Below, piece by piece: positions 47,315 to 60,742 of a stretch of 64,000 nt of DNA. The DNA is from Candidatus Kaiserbacteria bacterium. GTDB taxonomy: Bacteria > Patescibacteriota > Minisyncoccia > Phycocordibacterales > Phycocordibacteraceae. The notes beneath the pieces were generated by a model. That model was not told where the DNA came from and did not search any database. It saw only the letters and a list, made by a program, of their open reading frames with translations. The stretch lies in the NCBI GenBank assembly GCA_027451665.1, contig DAIDIW010000005.1:2955-66954 (forward strand), written 5' to 3'. Position 1 is the first letter of the stretch, and the number at the start of each line of letters is the position of its first letter. Made by a program: the position numbers and the translations under genes.

Positions 47315-49507
47315 ATGACCTGGCTGCGCAAAGCGTTCCCTTGGCTGCTCGCCGCTCCGGTCATACTGCCGCTCGTCATCTGGGGAGGGCTCATTTACCC
47401 GTACCTTGTCCCGAAGGTGCTGCTCTTCTATGCGCTTGCGCTCCTCTCACTAGCCGCCTTCGGCCTGCTCGTGGCGTACGGCGAACCGTTCTATTGGGGC
47501 CGCGTGCGGCACTGGACGGCGTGGATACCCGGACTCCTTCTCGCGCTCGCCTATGTCGCGAGCTATTTCGGCATAGGCTTCTACCATTCATTCTGGAGCA
47601 TATTCGCGCGCGGCGACGGGCTTCTCATGCTCACCTGCGTCGTAACGTACTTTTATCTGATCCTCATGAGCGCTACGCGCGCGTTCTTTGAACGTTTCGT
47701 CTACGCGATAGGCGCCGTGGGTACGGCCGTCGCGGTGTACGGCATCGGCGAGTGGCTCGTCTCGGGAGGCCGTATCGGCAGCTTGCTCGGGAATGCAGCA
47801 TTCTTTGCAGGCTATCTCGGCATCGCGCTTTATGCGACGCTCTCCGCTGCGCGGATCGCCGGCAGATCCTGGCGCCCATGGATCGTCGCGGGCGCCGTGC
47901 TTGAGGTGGTCGCTATCGTGCTCACCGCGACACGCGGTACGATGCTCGCGCTCGTCGTCGCCGGACTTCTCGTGCTCGCGTATTTCGCATGGAAGGGGGA
48001 GGGGAAGAGGAAAACCGGTTCTCGCGCGGCGCTCCTCGCCCTCGTCGTTCTCGGCGCACTCTTCTTCGCATTCCGCGCCGAGCTCGCCAAGGTACCGTTC
48101 CAGCCGATCTCACGCGTCGCGACGATCTCGACCACGCAGACGGACGTGGCGAGTCGCCTCTTCATCTGGAAGCACATGCTCGGAGAGATTGAGAAGCGCC
48201 CGCTTCTCGGGGTAGGAGCCGAGCACATCGACTACCTCTTCAACCAGTTCTACGATCCGACGAAGATCGTCGAGCAGTGGTTCGACCGTTCTCACAATGC
48301 ATTTCTTGATTACGCCGCGCAGTACGGCGTCGGCGGCCTCGTCCTCTATCTCCTCCTCATCGGATCCTTCTTCGTGATCTCGCGACGCCTTTATCGCAGG
48401 GGAGAGAAGTGTCTCGGCGGATTCTTCGCACTTCTCGCAGTTACCTACGCAGTGCAGAACTTCTTCGTATTCGATACCGTGTCCTCGTTCTGGCTTCTCA
48501 TCGCCCTCTTAGCGAGCGCGTTCGCGGTGAGCGGCGATGAGGTCCCTGCGGCGCCGCTCCAGCTGCCTTCCGTGACGAAGTACGGGGCCTGGGTGCTCGC
48601 GCTCGTACTCATCGCGCTCATCTATCCCGTCTCGGTCCGTCCGGCAGAAGCGGCATATGATCTCGCCCACGGCTACGCGCTCACGCTCGTTGATCCTTCG
48701 GCGTCGCTCGCGTATATGCGGCAGGGATACGCGCTTGGGACATACGGCAATCTCGAATACGGATATGAAGCCTATGATATGTACGCGAATCACCAGTATG
48801 GAACGCTCACCGGCGCCGCGCTTATCGATGCGTACGGGGAAGCGGCGCAGATTTTGACAGATGACTTTAACCGGTATCCGTATGATGCGCGTACAGCGCT
48901 CTATCTTGCGCACGTGCTCTCTCTCGCGCCCGCGGGCGTCCAGGTAAATCAGAATCTCCTCTCGGCGGCGCTCACTCGCGCAATCCGTCTTTCTCCAATG
49001 CGCAAACAGCCATGGTTCATACTCGTGAACCTTTCGATTAGTGCGGCGAATCATGCGCCCGTCGGGTCGTCTGCGCGTGAAGCCGGGTACCAGGATACGG
49101 AAGCGCTCCTCAAGCGGTATATCGCCCTCGTGCCGACCCTCTCCGAGCCGCACTACGTGATGGCAGATCTCTACCTCGCCGACCACAATCTGGCGAGCTC
49201 GACCGCAGAAGCGGCGCTCGGGAAGCGCTACTATGAACCGAGCTTGAATACTGCCGTACGCGCGGCGCAATACTACGAACAGGTACAGGACTGGCCCGAC
49301 GCACAATATTTCCTCACGCAGGTGGAGCAGCTCGGTCCGACCGAGTATGCGCTCATCTATGACCTGGCGAAGGTGGACTACGAGCTTAAGGACTACGTCG
49401 CCGCGCTCAAGGTCTTCTCGCAGCTGCAGGCGGAAGATCCCTCCGTCATCGGGACAGACCCAGTCTTCGAGCAGGCCATTTCTTCGCTGCAATCCTCGAG
49501 TCGGTAG
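47315..49507 (+). CDS. O-antigen ligase (Wzy_C)/O-oligosaccharyltransferase family protein with C-terminal TPR-like region
   Basis: ~12 TM; LTATRG, SRLFIW, PLLGVG, DRSHNAFLD. Confidence 0.88.
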   Translation: MTWLRKAFPWLLAAPVILPLVIWGGLIYPYLVPKVLLFYALALLSLAAFGLLVAYGEPFYWGRVRHWTAWIPGLLLALAYVASYFGIGFYHSFWSIFARGDGLLMLTCVVTYFYLILMSATRAFFERFVYAIGAVGTAVAVYGIGEWLVSGGRIGSLLGNAAFFAGYLGIALYATLSAARIAGRSWRPWIVAGAVLEVVAIVLTATRGTMLALVVAGLLVLAYFAWKGEGKRKTGSRAALLALVVLGALFFAFRAELAKVPFQPISRVATISTTQTDVASRLFIWKHMLGEIEKRPLLGVGAEHIDYLFNQFYDPTKIVEQWFDRSHNAFLDYAAQYGVGGLVLYLLLIGSFFVISRRLYRRGEKCLGGFFALLAVTYAVQNFFVFDTVSSFWLLIALLASAFAVSGDEVPAAPLQLPSVTKYGAWVLALVLIALIYPVSVRPAEAAYDLAHGYALTLVDPSASLAYMRQGYALGTYGNLEYGYEAYDMYANHQYGTLTGAALIDAYGEAAQILTDDFNRYPYDARTALYLAHVLSLAPAGVQVNQNLLSAALTRAIRLSPMRKQPWFILVNLSISAANHAPVGSSAREAGYQDTEALLKRYIALVPTLSEPHYVMADLYLADHNLASSTAEAALGKRYYEPSLNTAVRAAQYYEQVQDWPDAQYFLTQVEQLGPTEYALIYDLAKVDYELKDYVAALKVFSQLQAEDPSVIGTDPVFEQAISSLQSSSR

Positions 49508-49522
49508 GTATAGAATGAGACC

Positions 49523-49675
49523 ATGACAGGAATTCCGACCGCTTCTGAGACGCGTACGCGACGCGCACTCCCGTACGTCGTCGAGTTCGTCAAATTCTCG
49601 ACAAGCTTCGCGGTCATCATCGCGGTCGCTTTGCTTGCGCTCCACGGGGCAAGTGTTGCCGCCGCGGCCGGCTAG
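49523..49675 (+). CDS. Small single-TM protein (50 aa; not in ORF track)
   Basis: MTGIPTASETRTRRALPYVVEFVKFSTSFAVIIAVALLALHGASVAAAAG; TAGAAT 6 nt upstream. Confidence 0.55.
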   Translation: MTGIPTASETRTRRALPYVVEFVKFSTSFAVIIAVALLALHGASVAAAAG

Positions 49676-49719
49676 CGCTCGCTTGCTGGGGCGCTTGTCC
49701 CCTGGTATAGTGCGCTCGT

Positions 49720-49860
49720 ACGAACCGGAGACCGTAGGCGTCCATAAGCCCTACGCAGGGAGACCGGCGCATCCGCGCCATGAGGTCGAACTCTCCTTTG
49801 TTTCGCTCGTACTTAGAGTAGCTTTCCGCTTGAAGCGTTGAGCTTGTAGGGAAGACAAGT
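49720..49860 (+). promoter_or_regulatory. L10 leader (r-protein autoregulatory RNA)
   Basis: CCGGAGACCGTAGG...CCTACGCAGG upstream of rplJ. Confidence 0.75.
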
Positions 49861-49904
49861 TCCCTTGCTCGTAGCCGTCAGCGGTCAGCTATAAGCTGAA
49901 TCAC

Positions 49905-50405
49905 ATGGCAATATCGAAAGACAAGAAGCGCGAGATACTCGCGAAGATTGATTCCGCGCTTGCGGAAGCTTCGTCTATCGCGTTCGTCGGTTTCAAGGGC
50001 CTTACCGTCGCGGATTCTTCCGCGATGCGTAAGGAACTGAAGAACGACGCCGTGAAGTATTTCGTCGCGAAGAAGACGCTGCTTCGCCGAGCGCTCGAAC
50101 GCAAAGGCTACGCGGGCGCTCTCCCGGAGCTTCCGGGTGAGGTCGCTATGGCGTGGACAAGCGAAGACGCCACGGCTCCGGCTCGCGGCGTATACGAGTT
50201 CGGTAAGAAGCTGAAGGGCGCGCTCACCCTCCTCGGAGGCATGTTCGAGGGTTCGTTCGTCGATCAGGCGGGCATTACTGCGATCGCGACGATTCCGCCG
50301 GTGCCGGTCTTGCGTGGCATATTCGTGAATGTGATCAACAGCCCCATTCAGGGCATGGTGATCGCGCTCGACAAGATCCGCGAGAAGAAAGAGGCGGCAG
50401 CGTAA
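49905..50405 (+). CDS. rplJ: 50S ribosomal protein L10
   Basis: FKGLTV...RKEL...VAKKTL; precedes rplL. Confidence 0.95.
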   Translation: MAISKDKKREILAKIDSALAEASSIAFVGFKGLTVADSSAMRKELKNDAVKYFVAKKTLLRRALERKGYAGALPELPGEVAMAWTSEDATAPARGVYEFGKKLKGALTLLGGMFEGSFVDQAGITAIATIPPVPVLRGIFVNVINSPIQGMVIALDKIREKKEAAA

Positions 50406-50429
50406 GTTACTAAGATTTCATTCATTACT

Positions 50430-50897
50430 ATGGCAGACGAAACTACCCAGGCTGCTGCTCCGGCAGAGGCTGAAATGAAGGAAGAGAAGGCTGCTCCGGC
50501 GGCGCAAGAGGAGATCGTAGAGGTGCCGGCGAAGTTCAAGGACATCGTCGAAGCGATCGAGAAGATGAGCGTGCTCGAACTCTCCGAGCTCGTGAAGGTG
50601 TTCGAGAAGAAGTTCGGTGTCTCTGCGGCTGCGGTCGCGATTGCTGGTCCGGCGGCGGGCGCAGCGGCGGGCGGCGAGGAAGAGAAGTCCACGGCAGACG
50701 TGGAGCTCACGGATGCCGGCGCGCAGAAGATTGCGGTCATTAAGGTCGTGAAGGAAGCGCTTGGTCTCGGCCTCAAGGAGGCGAAGGACCTCGTCGATGG
50801 TGCGCCGAACATGGTGAAGCAGGGCATGAAGAAAGAGGATGCTGAAGAGCTGAAGCAAAAGCTCGAGGCTGCAGGTGCGAAGGTCACCTTGAAGTAG
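50430..50897 (+). CDS. rplL: 50S ribosomal protein L7/L12
   Basis: [29 protein letters not shown]. Confidence 0.97.
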   Translation: MADETTQAAAPAEAEMKEEKAAPAAQEEIVEVPAKFKDIVEAIEKMSVLELSELVKVFEKKFGVSAAAVAIAGPAAGAAAGGEEEKSTADVELTDAGAQKIAVIKVVKEALGLGLKEAKDLVDGAPNMVKQGMKKEDAEELKQKLEAAGAKVTLK

Positions 50898-50921
50898 GAA
50901 ATTCGCCACTCTTATGCCCGG

Positions 50922-50956
50922 AAAACGCGCCCCCGCCCTTGGCGGGGGCGCGTTTT
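50922..50956. terminator. Intrinsic terminator after rplL
   Basis: AAAACGCGCCCCCGCC-ctt-GGCGGGGGCGCGTTTT. Confidence 0.8.
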
Positions 50957-50998
50957 GCACTCCGGCACGCCGAGGGGTACACTAGCCTCGTTAACAGT

Positions 50999-51568
50999 AT
51001 GGAGCCTCTTGCAAAACTGTTCGGTTCGCCGGCGCGCCTCAAGGTGCTCCGGCTCTTCCTTTTCAATAAGGACACGACCTTTACCCAGGGCGATGTGGCG
51101 CTGCGCACTAAGATTTCGAAGGATGCGGCGCGCAAGGAACTCGCCGAGCTTACCGCGGCGGGGCTCCTCAGGAAACGCGCTGCGCGGACGCCCGCCGCAT
51201 TCCAGACCAATCCGAAATTCCCCCATCTTCCGGCGCTCGAGGCTTTCATTCGCGAGACGACGAACGTGCGGCCGGAATATGTGCTTGAGGCGCTCAAGAA
51301 AGCGGGGACGCTCCGGCTCGTCGCGCTCTCCGGTCTCTTCACCGGCATCATCGAGCCGCAGGTCGATGTCCTCGTGGTCGGAGACAATCTCGACGAGCGG
51401 GCGCTCGGGAACGGCATCCACGCGCTTGAGGCCGAACTGGGGCGCGAGATACGATACGCCTCCTTTCCGACAGCTGATTTCAAATACCGCATGGGCGTCT
51501 ACGATCGCCTCCTCCGGGACGTTTTCGACTATCCACACCGCCTCCTCATCGACCGGATAGGGCTCTAG
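50999..51568 (+). CDS. Winged-HTH + minimal-nucleotidyltransferase-like protein
   Basis: LFGSPARLKVLRLF wHTH; LSGLF...VDVLVVGD...ELGREIRY. Confidence 0.75.
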   Translation: MEPLAKLFGSPARLKVLRLFLFNKDTTFTQGDVALRTKISKDAARKELAELTAAGLLRKRAARTPAAFQTNPKFPHLPALEAFIRETTNVRPEYVLEALKKAGTLRLVALSGLFTGIIEPQVDVLVVGDNLDERALGNGIHALEAELGREIRYASFPTADFKYRMGVYDRLLRDVFDYPHRLLIDRIGL

Positions 51569-51646
51569 GACTTGGTACACTTAATGAAGATGCTCGCCCG
51601 AGCCTCGGCTCCGAGTATTTAATCGTTAAGATTCACCGTATCCACC

Positions 51647-52330
51647 ATGGTTTTTACTACATGGGCGGATGTGCTTAACCAGTCTTTTCAGAACCTGTTC
51701 TACGGACTGGTAGCATTCATCCCCAATTTAGTCGTCGCAATCGTCATCTTCATAATCGGCTGGCTCATAGGGCTCGGCCTGGGCCGCGTGGTCGCGCAGA
51801 TTGTCAATTCGTTGCGCGTTGACCAGGCGCTGCGCGCCGCAGGCGTAGAGCGCGTCTTGAATCGCGCAGGCTTCGAACTTTCCTCCGGCAAGTTCCTCGG
51901 CTGGCTCGTGGAGTGGTTCTTCATCGTCGTCTTCTTGGTCGCGGCGCTTGGCGTCTTGCATCTCGACGCGGTGAATTATTTCATTCGCGATGTAGTGCTC
52001 GGCTATCTCCCACAGGTGATCGCGGCAGTGCTTATCCTGCTTGTCGCAGCGGTTGTCGCAGAAGCAGCGGAGCGTCTCGTCGTCGGTTCGGCGAAGGCGG
52101 CGCAGCTTTCTTCCTCTGGCTTCCTCGGTAAGGTGGCGCGGTATGCGATCTGGGTGTTCGCGATCCTTGCGGCGCTCTCTCAGCTCGAGGTCGCGACGGC
52201 ATTCGTTCAGACTCTGTTCACGGGCGTGGTCATCGCTATCTCGCTCGCGGTCGGACTCGCCTTCGGCCTCGGCGGCCAGCAGTCGGCAGCAAAATACCTG
52301 GAGCATCTTCAGTCAGAAGTGAAGGAGTAA
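51647..52330 (+). CDS. TM-helix-repeat (MscS N-terminal/CmpX-like) membrane protein
   Basis: FIPNLVVAIVI, YLPQVIAAVLI, LAFGLGG. Confidence 0.85.
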   Translation: MVFTTWADVLNQSFQNLFYGLVAFIPNLVVAIVIFIIGWLIGLGLGRVVAQIVNSLRVDQALRAAGVERVLNRAGFELSSGKFLGWLVEWFFIVVFLVAALGVLHLDAVNYFIRDVVLGYLPQVIAAVLILLVAAVVAEAAERLVVGSAKAAQLSSSGFLGKVARYAIWVFAILAALSQLEVATAFVQTLFTGVVIAISLAVGLAFGLGGQQSAAKYLEHLQSEVKE

Positions 52331-52383
52331 CCCCTTCGGTGCTCCGCAAACGCCGCCCTTGGAGGGCGGCGTTTGCATAGGGG

Positions 52384-52412
52384 TTGACGCCGTGTATTGC
52401 CTCGCGTATACT
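52384..52412 (+). promoter_or_regulatory. Dedicated promoter of the 23S-5S unit
   Basis: TTGACG-N17-TATACT right after a terminator. Confidence 0.75.
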
Positions 52413-52621
52413 CGCTTTCACGTGTTTACGAATCGAACAAACCTAATCCAAGGGGGAGGGCGATAAGCCCGCGCGTTCGTAACGAACGAGCCGCCCCTTG
52501 GGCGGCTCGTTCTGTAGAAAACACGAGTACCCTGACAATCGAATACGTGAAAGGTAAGAACTTAGATCGAAAGATCTAGGGTCAATTGCAGAAACAATGA
52601 TTGTGGTTTTCAGGTCTCCGT

Positions 52622-55873
<3,252 letters not shown>

Positions 55874-55959
55874 GCGGAACCCTGGAAAACACAATCATCG
55901 TTTTCAATTGATCTTACTTTCACGTACTCGAGTCAGACCGAAACACCTCGAGTGTTCGG

Positions 55960-56074
55960 TTCTGGTGCCTTGTCGGAGGGGTCACACCCGTTCTCTTTCC
56001 GAACACGGCAGTTAAGCCCTCTTGAGGCGATGGTACTCACCTTTACCGGTGGGGAGAGTAGCTAGGCGCCAGAA
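55960..56074 (+). rRNA. rrf: 5S rRNA
   Basis: CACACCCGTTCTCTTTCCGAACACGG...GATGGTACT...GGGAGAGTAG; terminal stem TTCTGGTGCC/GGCGCCAGAA. Confidence 0.95.
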
Positions 56075-56087
56075 CCGAGCATTCGAA

Positions 56088-56120
56088 GCACAAGCCCCGG
56101 CCTTTGGCCGGGGCTTGTGC
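56088..56120 (+). terminator. rRNA operon terminator
   Basis: GCACAAGCCCCGGC-ctttg-GCCGGGGCTTGTGC. Confidence 0.8.
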
Positions 56121-56283
56121 TAGTATTGGTGCGGGACGCTCCGGACGTTCACTCCGAAGCGAATTGGGTAAGAACTGACGAGGTTGCTGTCACATGCCAA
56201 TGACTGCCGTACGGAGCGTCCCGCCATCCTTTCTCATGCCGCGCGTTTAGCGCGGCTTCTTCATTGCCTGTATACTGTGACCG

Positions 56284-57048
56284 ATGTCCTGGGCAGGTCG
56301 TCGGCGTTTCATCATTCTTTCCATACTCGGCGCGATTGTGATCGCGATCGTGGCGGTGACGCTCATTGCGACCCTGCACCACACGCCGTCGTGCACGGAC
56401 GGCATCCAGAACCAGGGTGAGCAGGGCGTCGACTGCGGCGGCCCATGCCCATACCTTTGCAGCGCGCTCGAGCAGCCGCCCACGGTGCTCTTCACGACGC
56501 TCGTGGGCAACGGCCAGGGCCGCATGGACGTGGTCGCGGAGATCGAGAACAAGAATACGGATGCGGCTGCCAAAGCGGTGCCGTACACGATCGATCTCTA
56601 TGACGCTTCGCATACGCTCCTACGCGAGCTCTCCGGAACCGTCGATCTCGCGCCCGGTGCGACGGTGCCGGTCTATATCCCGGGTGTAGGCACAGGCACG
56701 CAGGCGGTCGCTACCGCGTTTCTCTCGATCGATGCCTCGGCCGTACAGTGGTATCGGCTCGCACAGAATCCGCGTACGATCCCGCAGGTCTCTGACGTCT
56801 CCGTTTCTGCCACCTCGACCGCGCCGATGATTACCGCGAGCTTGACCGACCCCAGCACGGACCCGCTCTCGCAAGTCCGAGCGGTCGTCCTCGTCCACGA
56901 CGAGCAGGGCAACGTGATTGCGGCATCGCAGACGATCGTGCCGACCATTCCGGCACTCGGGAGCGCCACGGCCACGTTCTCATGGAACGCGCCGTTTCGC
57001 GGTGCTGCGATCACCACGGAGGTCATTCCCGTAATCCCTCTGCCGTGA
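56284..57048 (+). CDS. Membrane-anchored protein with Cys-rich module and Ig-like domains
   Basis: TM, then SCTDGIQNQGEQGVDCGGPC. Confidence 0.8.
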   Translation: MSWAGRRRFIILSILGAIVIAIVAVTLIATLHHTPSCTDGIQNQGEQGVDCGGPCPYLCSALEQPPTVLFTTLVGNGQGRMDVVAEIENKNTDAAAKAVPYTIDLYDASHTLLRELSGTVDLAPGATVPVYIPGVGTGTQAVATAFLSIDASAVQWYRLAQNPRTIPQVSDVSVSATSTAPMITASLTDPSTDPLSQVRAVVLVHDEQGNVIAASQTIVPTIPALGSATATFSWNAPFRGAAITTEVIPVIPLP

Positions 57049-58196
57049 GAGGTTCCCGTTCGTTCCCGCGCTCGCGCTCGCTCGCCCAAAAGGCGTTCTT
57101 CGATTGGACGCTCATTCTGCCGGCGCTCGCGCTCTCGTGCCTCGGCATACTCACGATGAGCACGTTCGGCCAGGGTGCCTCGCTTGCGCCGCGGCAGCTC
57201 TTGTGGCTCCTCGTCGGGACCGTGCTCTATTTCGCGCTCTCCTCGCTCGACCTGCGCTTCATCCGGCGTACGCCGGTCGTCATGTCCCTCTATGTGCTCT
57301 CGCTCGTTCTGCTCGCGCTTCTCTTGGTAGTCGCGCATCCGGTCATGGGCGCGCGCGCCTGGTTCAGCTTAGGACCGGTCTCGTTCCAGCCGGCGGACCT
57401 CGCGAAGCTGGCGCTCATCGCGCTCCTCGCGAAATACCTCTCGCGCCGGCACGTCGAGATCGGCGATATCCGCCATATCCTCGTATCGGGTGGCTATGCC
57501 TTTGCGGCGGTACTCCTCATCGTCGTCGAACCCGACATGGGCAACGCGATCATCTTCACGGCGCTCTGGCTCGGGATGATGCTCATCTCCGGCATCAGCA
57601 AACGCCACCTCGCCCTCCTCGGACTCCTCGGACTCGTCGTGGCCGTTGGTCTCTGGTTCGGCGGCTTGAAGCCGTATCAGCGGGAGCGCATCATCTCGTT
57701 CGTGAATCCGGCGGGCAATATCCACGGGGCAGGCTATAACGCCTATCAGGCGAAGATTGCCGTCGGCTCCGGAGAGCTCTTCGGGAAGGGTATAGGCTAC
57801 GGCACGCAGTCGAAACTCCGTTTCCTGCCGGAGTACCAGACGGATTTTATCTTCGCCGCGTTCGCCGAAGAGTGGGGCTTCGTAGGCGTCCTCATCCTGC
57901 TCGGCTTGTATGCACTCCTCTTCACGCGGCTCATCCAGATAGCCCAATCGGCCGCGACCAATTTCGACGCGTTCTTTACGCTCGGATTCCTCATTCTCTT
58001 CGCCGCTCATCTTGCGATACATGCGGGCATCTCGCTCGGACTCCTGCCCGTCACTGGTACGACCATCCCGTTTATGAGCTCGGGCGGTTCGCACCTTATG
58101 CTCGAATTCGGCGCGCTCGGCATCATCACTTCCTTGGCGCGGCACGGTCGCGCGGCACCGAAATCGACGCTCGAGAATGAATTTCTCGGTGTGTGA
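57045..58196 (+). CDS. rodA: Rod shape-determining protein RodA (SEDS family)
   Basis: GARAW, FQPADLAK, EPDMG, PEYQTDFIFA, IPFMSSGGS; GTGA overlap start. Confidence 0.9.
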   Translation: MRGSRSFPRSRSLAQKAFFDWTLILPALALSCLGILTMSTFGQGASLAPRQLLWLLVGTVLYFALSSLDLRFIRRTPVVMSLYVLSLVLLALLLVVAHPVMGARAWFSLGPVSFQPADLAKLALIALLAKYLSRRHVEIGDIRHILVSGGYAFAAVLLIVVEPDMGNAIIFTALWLGMMLISGISKRHLALLGLLGLVVAVGLWFGGLKPYQRERIISFVNPAGNIHGAGYNAYQAKIAVGSGELFGKGIGYGTQSKLRFLPEYQTDFIFAAFAEEWGFVGVLILLGLYALLFTRLIQIAQSAATNFDAFFTLGFLILFAAHLAIHAGISLGLLPVTGTTIPFMSSGGSHLMLEFGALGIITSLARHGRAAPKSTLENEFLGV

Positions 58197-58209
58197 ACTC
58201 CGGCGTCCG

Positions 58210-59358
58210 CTACCGGTAGAGTGCGAGCGTCTCGCGCACCATGCGCGTTTGCGAGAATTCACGTTCGATCTTCGTTTTGAGCGAGGTGCCAAGTCGCACG
58301 CGTTTGGACGGATCCGCGTAAAGCGCGCGGAGCGCATTCGAGAGAGCGGGCTCCGACGCCCGCGGGAATAGGAGTCCGGTTTCCTGGTCCGTTATTGCCT
58401 CCGGGATGCCGCCAGTGTTCGCGGCGACGACCGCGCGCTCGGCAAGCCCTGCTTCGAGTATCGTAAAGGGGAGGCCTTCTTTGCGGGAGGGCAGCACAAA
58501 TGTGTCTGCGGCGGGCAGGTAGCGTGCAGCCTCCGGAAGGAATCCGGTAAAGAAGACGCGCGATGCGAGGCCGAGCGTCCGCGCGAGCGCGCGCAGGCGC
58601 TCTTCCTCTTCGCCTGAGCCGATGAGTACAAGTGCAGTGTCTTCGGGCTGGTCCGCGAAGGCACGGATGAGTAGATCGAGACCCTTGTTGTAGTGGAGTT
58701 CGGCGATAGAAAGATACCAGAATGGAATCGCTGCGGCCCCGGGAGCATGTGCGGCGAGCACCTTCCGCGCGTCCTCACGTGGAACGAGATCGTGCGGTGC
58801 GGCTCCGTTATGGATCACCACGAGTTTGTGTCGGGAGAAGACGACAGGCGCATCGAGAAGGTCGTAGCGCGAGACCGCGATGACCTTGGTCGCGAAGGCG
58901 ACGGTTGCCCAAGAGGCAGCCCATACGAGAGAACGGATGAGGCGGTTCTCCCTGCTGCGATGATCCCATCCGTGCGCGGTGAACAGAATAATCGGTACGC
59001 CCGAGGCTCGCGCCGCGAGCACGCCGAGACCGCCGGCTTTCGAGCTATTCAGATGCACGACGTCCGGACGCTCCGTATGGAAGAGGCGCCGGAGTTCGAC
59101 GAACGCGGCACATTCGCGAATAAGCGAGACGTCGCGCGAGAAGGAACTGACGGGGATGGTGCGGATCCCGGTTGCGGCGAGGCGTGAGGCAAGCTCGCCG
59201 AGCGGCGCGCCTGGCGCGCCCGTGCCACCGAGCGCGACCGCCACCTCCGCGCCTTCCTCTCGCGCCGCTTTCGCGAGCGCGAAGACATACGCCTGGGCGC
59301 CACCCCAGTTCGATTTCGTAATCACGTACAGAATCTTCCTGCCGGAAAGCGAGGACAT
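58210..59358 (-). CDS. Glycosyltransferase family 4
   Basis: WGGAQ, HLNSSKAG, PSRKEGLPFTILEA. Confidence 0.93.
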   Translation of the reverse strand: MSSLSGRKILYVITKSNWGGAQAYVFALAKAAREEGAEVAVALGGTGAPGAPLGELASRLAATGIRTIPVSSFSRDVSLIRECAAFVELRRLFHTERPDVVHLNSSKAGGLGVLAARASGVPIILFTAHGWDHRSRENRLIRSLVWAASWATVAFATKVIAVSRYDLLDAPVVFSRHKLVVIHNGAAPHDLVPREDARKVLAAHAPGAAAIPFWYLSIAELHYNKGLDLLIRAFADQPEDTALVLIGSGEEEERLRALARTLGLASRVFFTGFLPEAARYLPAADTFVLPSRKEGLPFTILEAGLAERAVVAANTGGIPEAITDQETGLLFPRASEPALSNALRALYADPSKRVRLGTSLKTKIEREFSQTRMVRETLALYR

Positions 59359-59403
59359 ACGGGTTACTTTACACTTCTTGAGGGCGTTATACTATGCACA
59401 ATC

Positions 59404-60741
59404 ATGGCATTCTCGCGCCGAGAAACGGCGATCCTGCTCATAGGAGATTTCCTCCTGCTCGGGGCGTCGCTCTGGATAACGCTCCTTCTTCGTAACCTCG
59501 CTTTCCCGCGCCCAGGTTACTTCGAGAACAATCTCATCCCGTTCGTTCCGATATTCCTCGTATCACTCGTCATCTTCTATATCGCAGGGCTCTACGAGAA
59601 GCAGACGAGCGCGAAGCGCCGCACTATGAGCGAACGTATCCTCGGCGCGCAGATGGCGAACGTCATCATTGCCGCCATCTTCTTCTTCGTGCTGCCGCTC
59701 TCGATCGCGCCGAAGACGATCCTCGTCATCTATCTCGTAGTTTCAGTCCTCGCCATCTCGTTCTGGCGCTTTTACCGTCTGCGTAGCGAGCTTGCCGAAG
59801 AGATACGCGTGCCGGCCGTGCTCGTCGGCTCCGGCCTGGCGGTCTTAGAGGTATATGAGGAGGTGCGCGCCAACGGCACTTACGTCATGCGATTCGCGGA
59901 GCACATCGATACCGCGCAGCTTTCTCAAGGTGCGCTTACCAAGGAGCTCTCCGCGGCCATAGAGCGCGGCGCGCGGATGGTCGTGATCGATACTCGCGAT
60001 TCGCAGGTCGCGGTCGAGCTTCCGCAACTCTACGCCGCCATGGTCGCGGGCGTCTCGTTCCTCGAATTCTCTGCGGTCTACGAAGACATCTTCGATCGTG
60101 TGCCGCTCGCACACGTCGATTATGCCTGGCTCCTCGAGTGTTTGCCGCGTGAACATTCGCTCTACGATACCTTGAAGGCCGTCTTCGATTTCGTCCTCAC
60201 GCTCGTCGTGGGTGCGGTCGCACTCCCGTTCGTACTTGTCGCTGCACTCCTTGTGCGAATCTCGGGCGGTCCCGCATTCATACGGAACGAGCGCGTCGGG
60301 AAGAAGGGGAGGACCATCCGCATCTACAAGCTGCGGACAATGCTTTATGACGACAAGGGCGATCCAGAGCTGCGCGCGAAGAACCGGGTCACGACATTCG
60401 GACGATTCCTGCGTAAGACCCGGATCGACGAGCTCCCGCAGCTCTATAACGTGCTCATGGGCGATCTCTCCTTCATAGGTCCCCGTCCTGAGCTTCCATC
60501 GATTGCGCTCACCTATGAAGCGGAGATACCGTTTTACCATCTACGCCACCTCATCCCGCCCGGCCTCTCCGGGTGGGCTCAGATACATGATTTCGATGCT
60601 CCGAAGGGTGGGGTGGACGTGGAACGCACGCGCCGGAAACTCTCCTACGACCTCTACTACCTGAAGCACCGTTCCTTTGGGCTTGACCTCGCGATTGCGC
60701 TCAAGACGCTTCGGGCACTCCTCGCGTTCTCCGGAAAGTGA
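59404..60741 (+). CDS. Undecaprenyl-phosphate sugar-1-phosphate transferase (WbaP/WcaJ-like)
   Basis: YKLRTM, RKTRIDELPQ, IGPRPE, PGLSGWAQ, YDLYY. Confidence 0.93.
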   Translation: MAFSRRETAILLIGDFLLLGASLWITLLLRNLAFPRPGYFENNLIPFVPIFLVSLVIFYIAGLYEKQTSAKRRTMSERILGAQMANVIIAAIFFFVLPLSIAPKTILVIYLVVSVLAISFWRFYRLRSELAEEIRVPAVLVGSGLAVLEVYEEVRANGTYVMRFAEHIDTAQLSQGALTKELSAAIERGARMVVIDTRDSQVAVELPQLYAAMVAGVSFLEFSAVYEDIFDRVPLAHVDYAWLLECLPREHSLYDTLKAVFDFVLTLVVGAVALPFVLVAALLVRISGGPAFIRNERVGKKGRTIRIYKLRTMLYDDKGDPELRAKNRVTTFGRFLRKTRIDELPQLYNVLMGDLSFIGPRPELPSIALTYEAEIPFYHLRHLIPPGLSGWAQIHDFDAPKGGVDVERTRRKLSYDLYYLKHRSFGLDLAIALKTLRALLAFSGK

Positions 60742-60742
60742 T

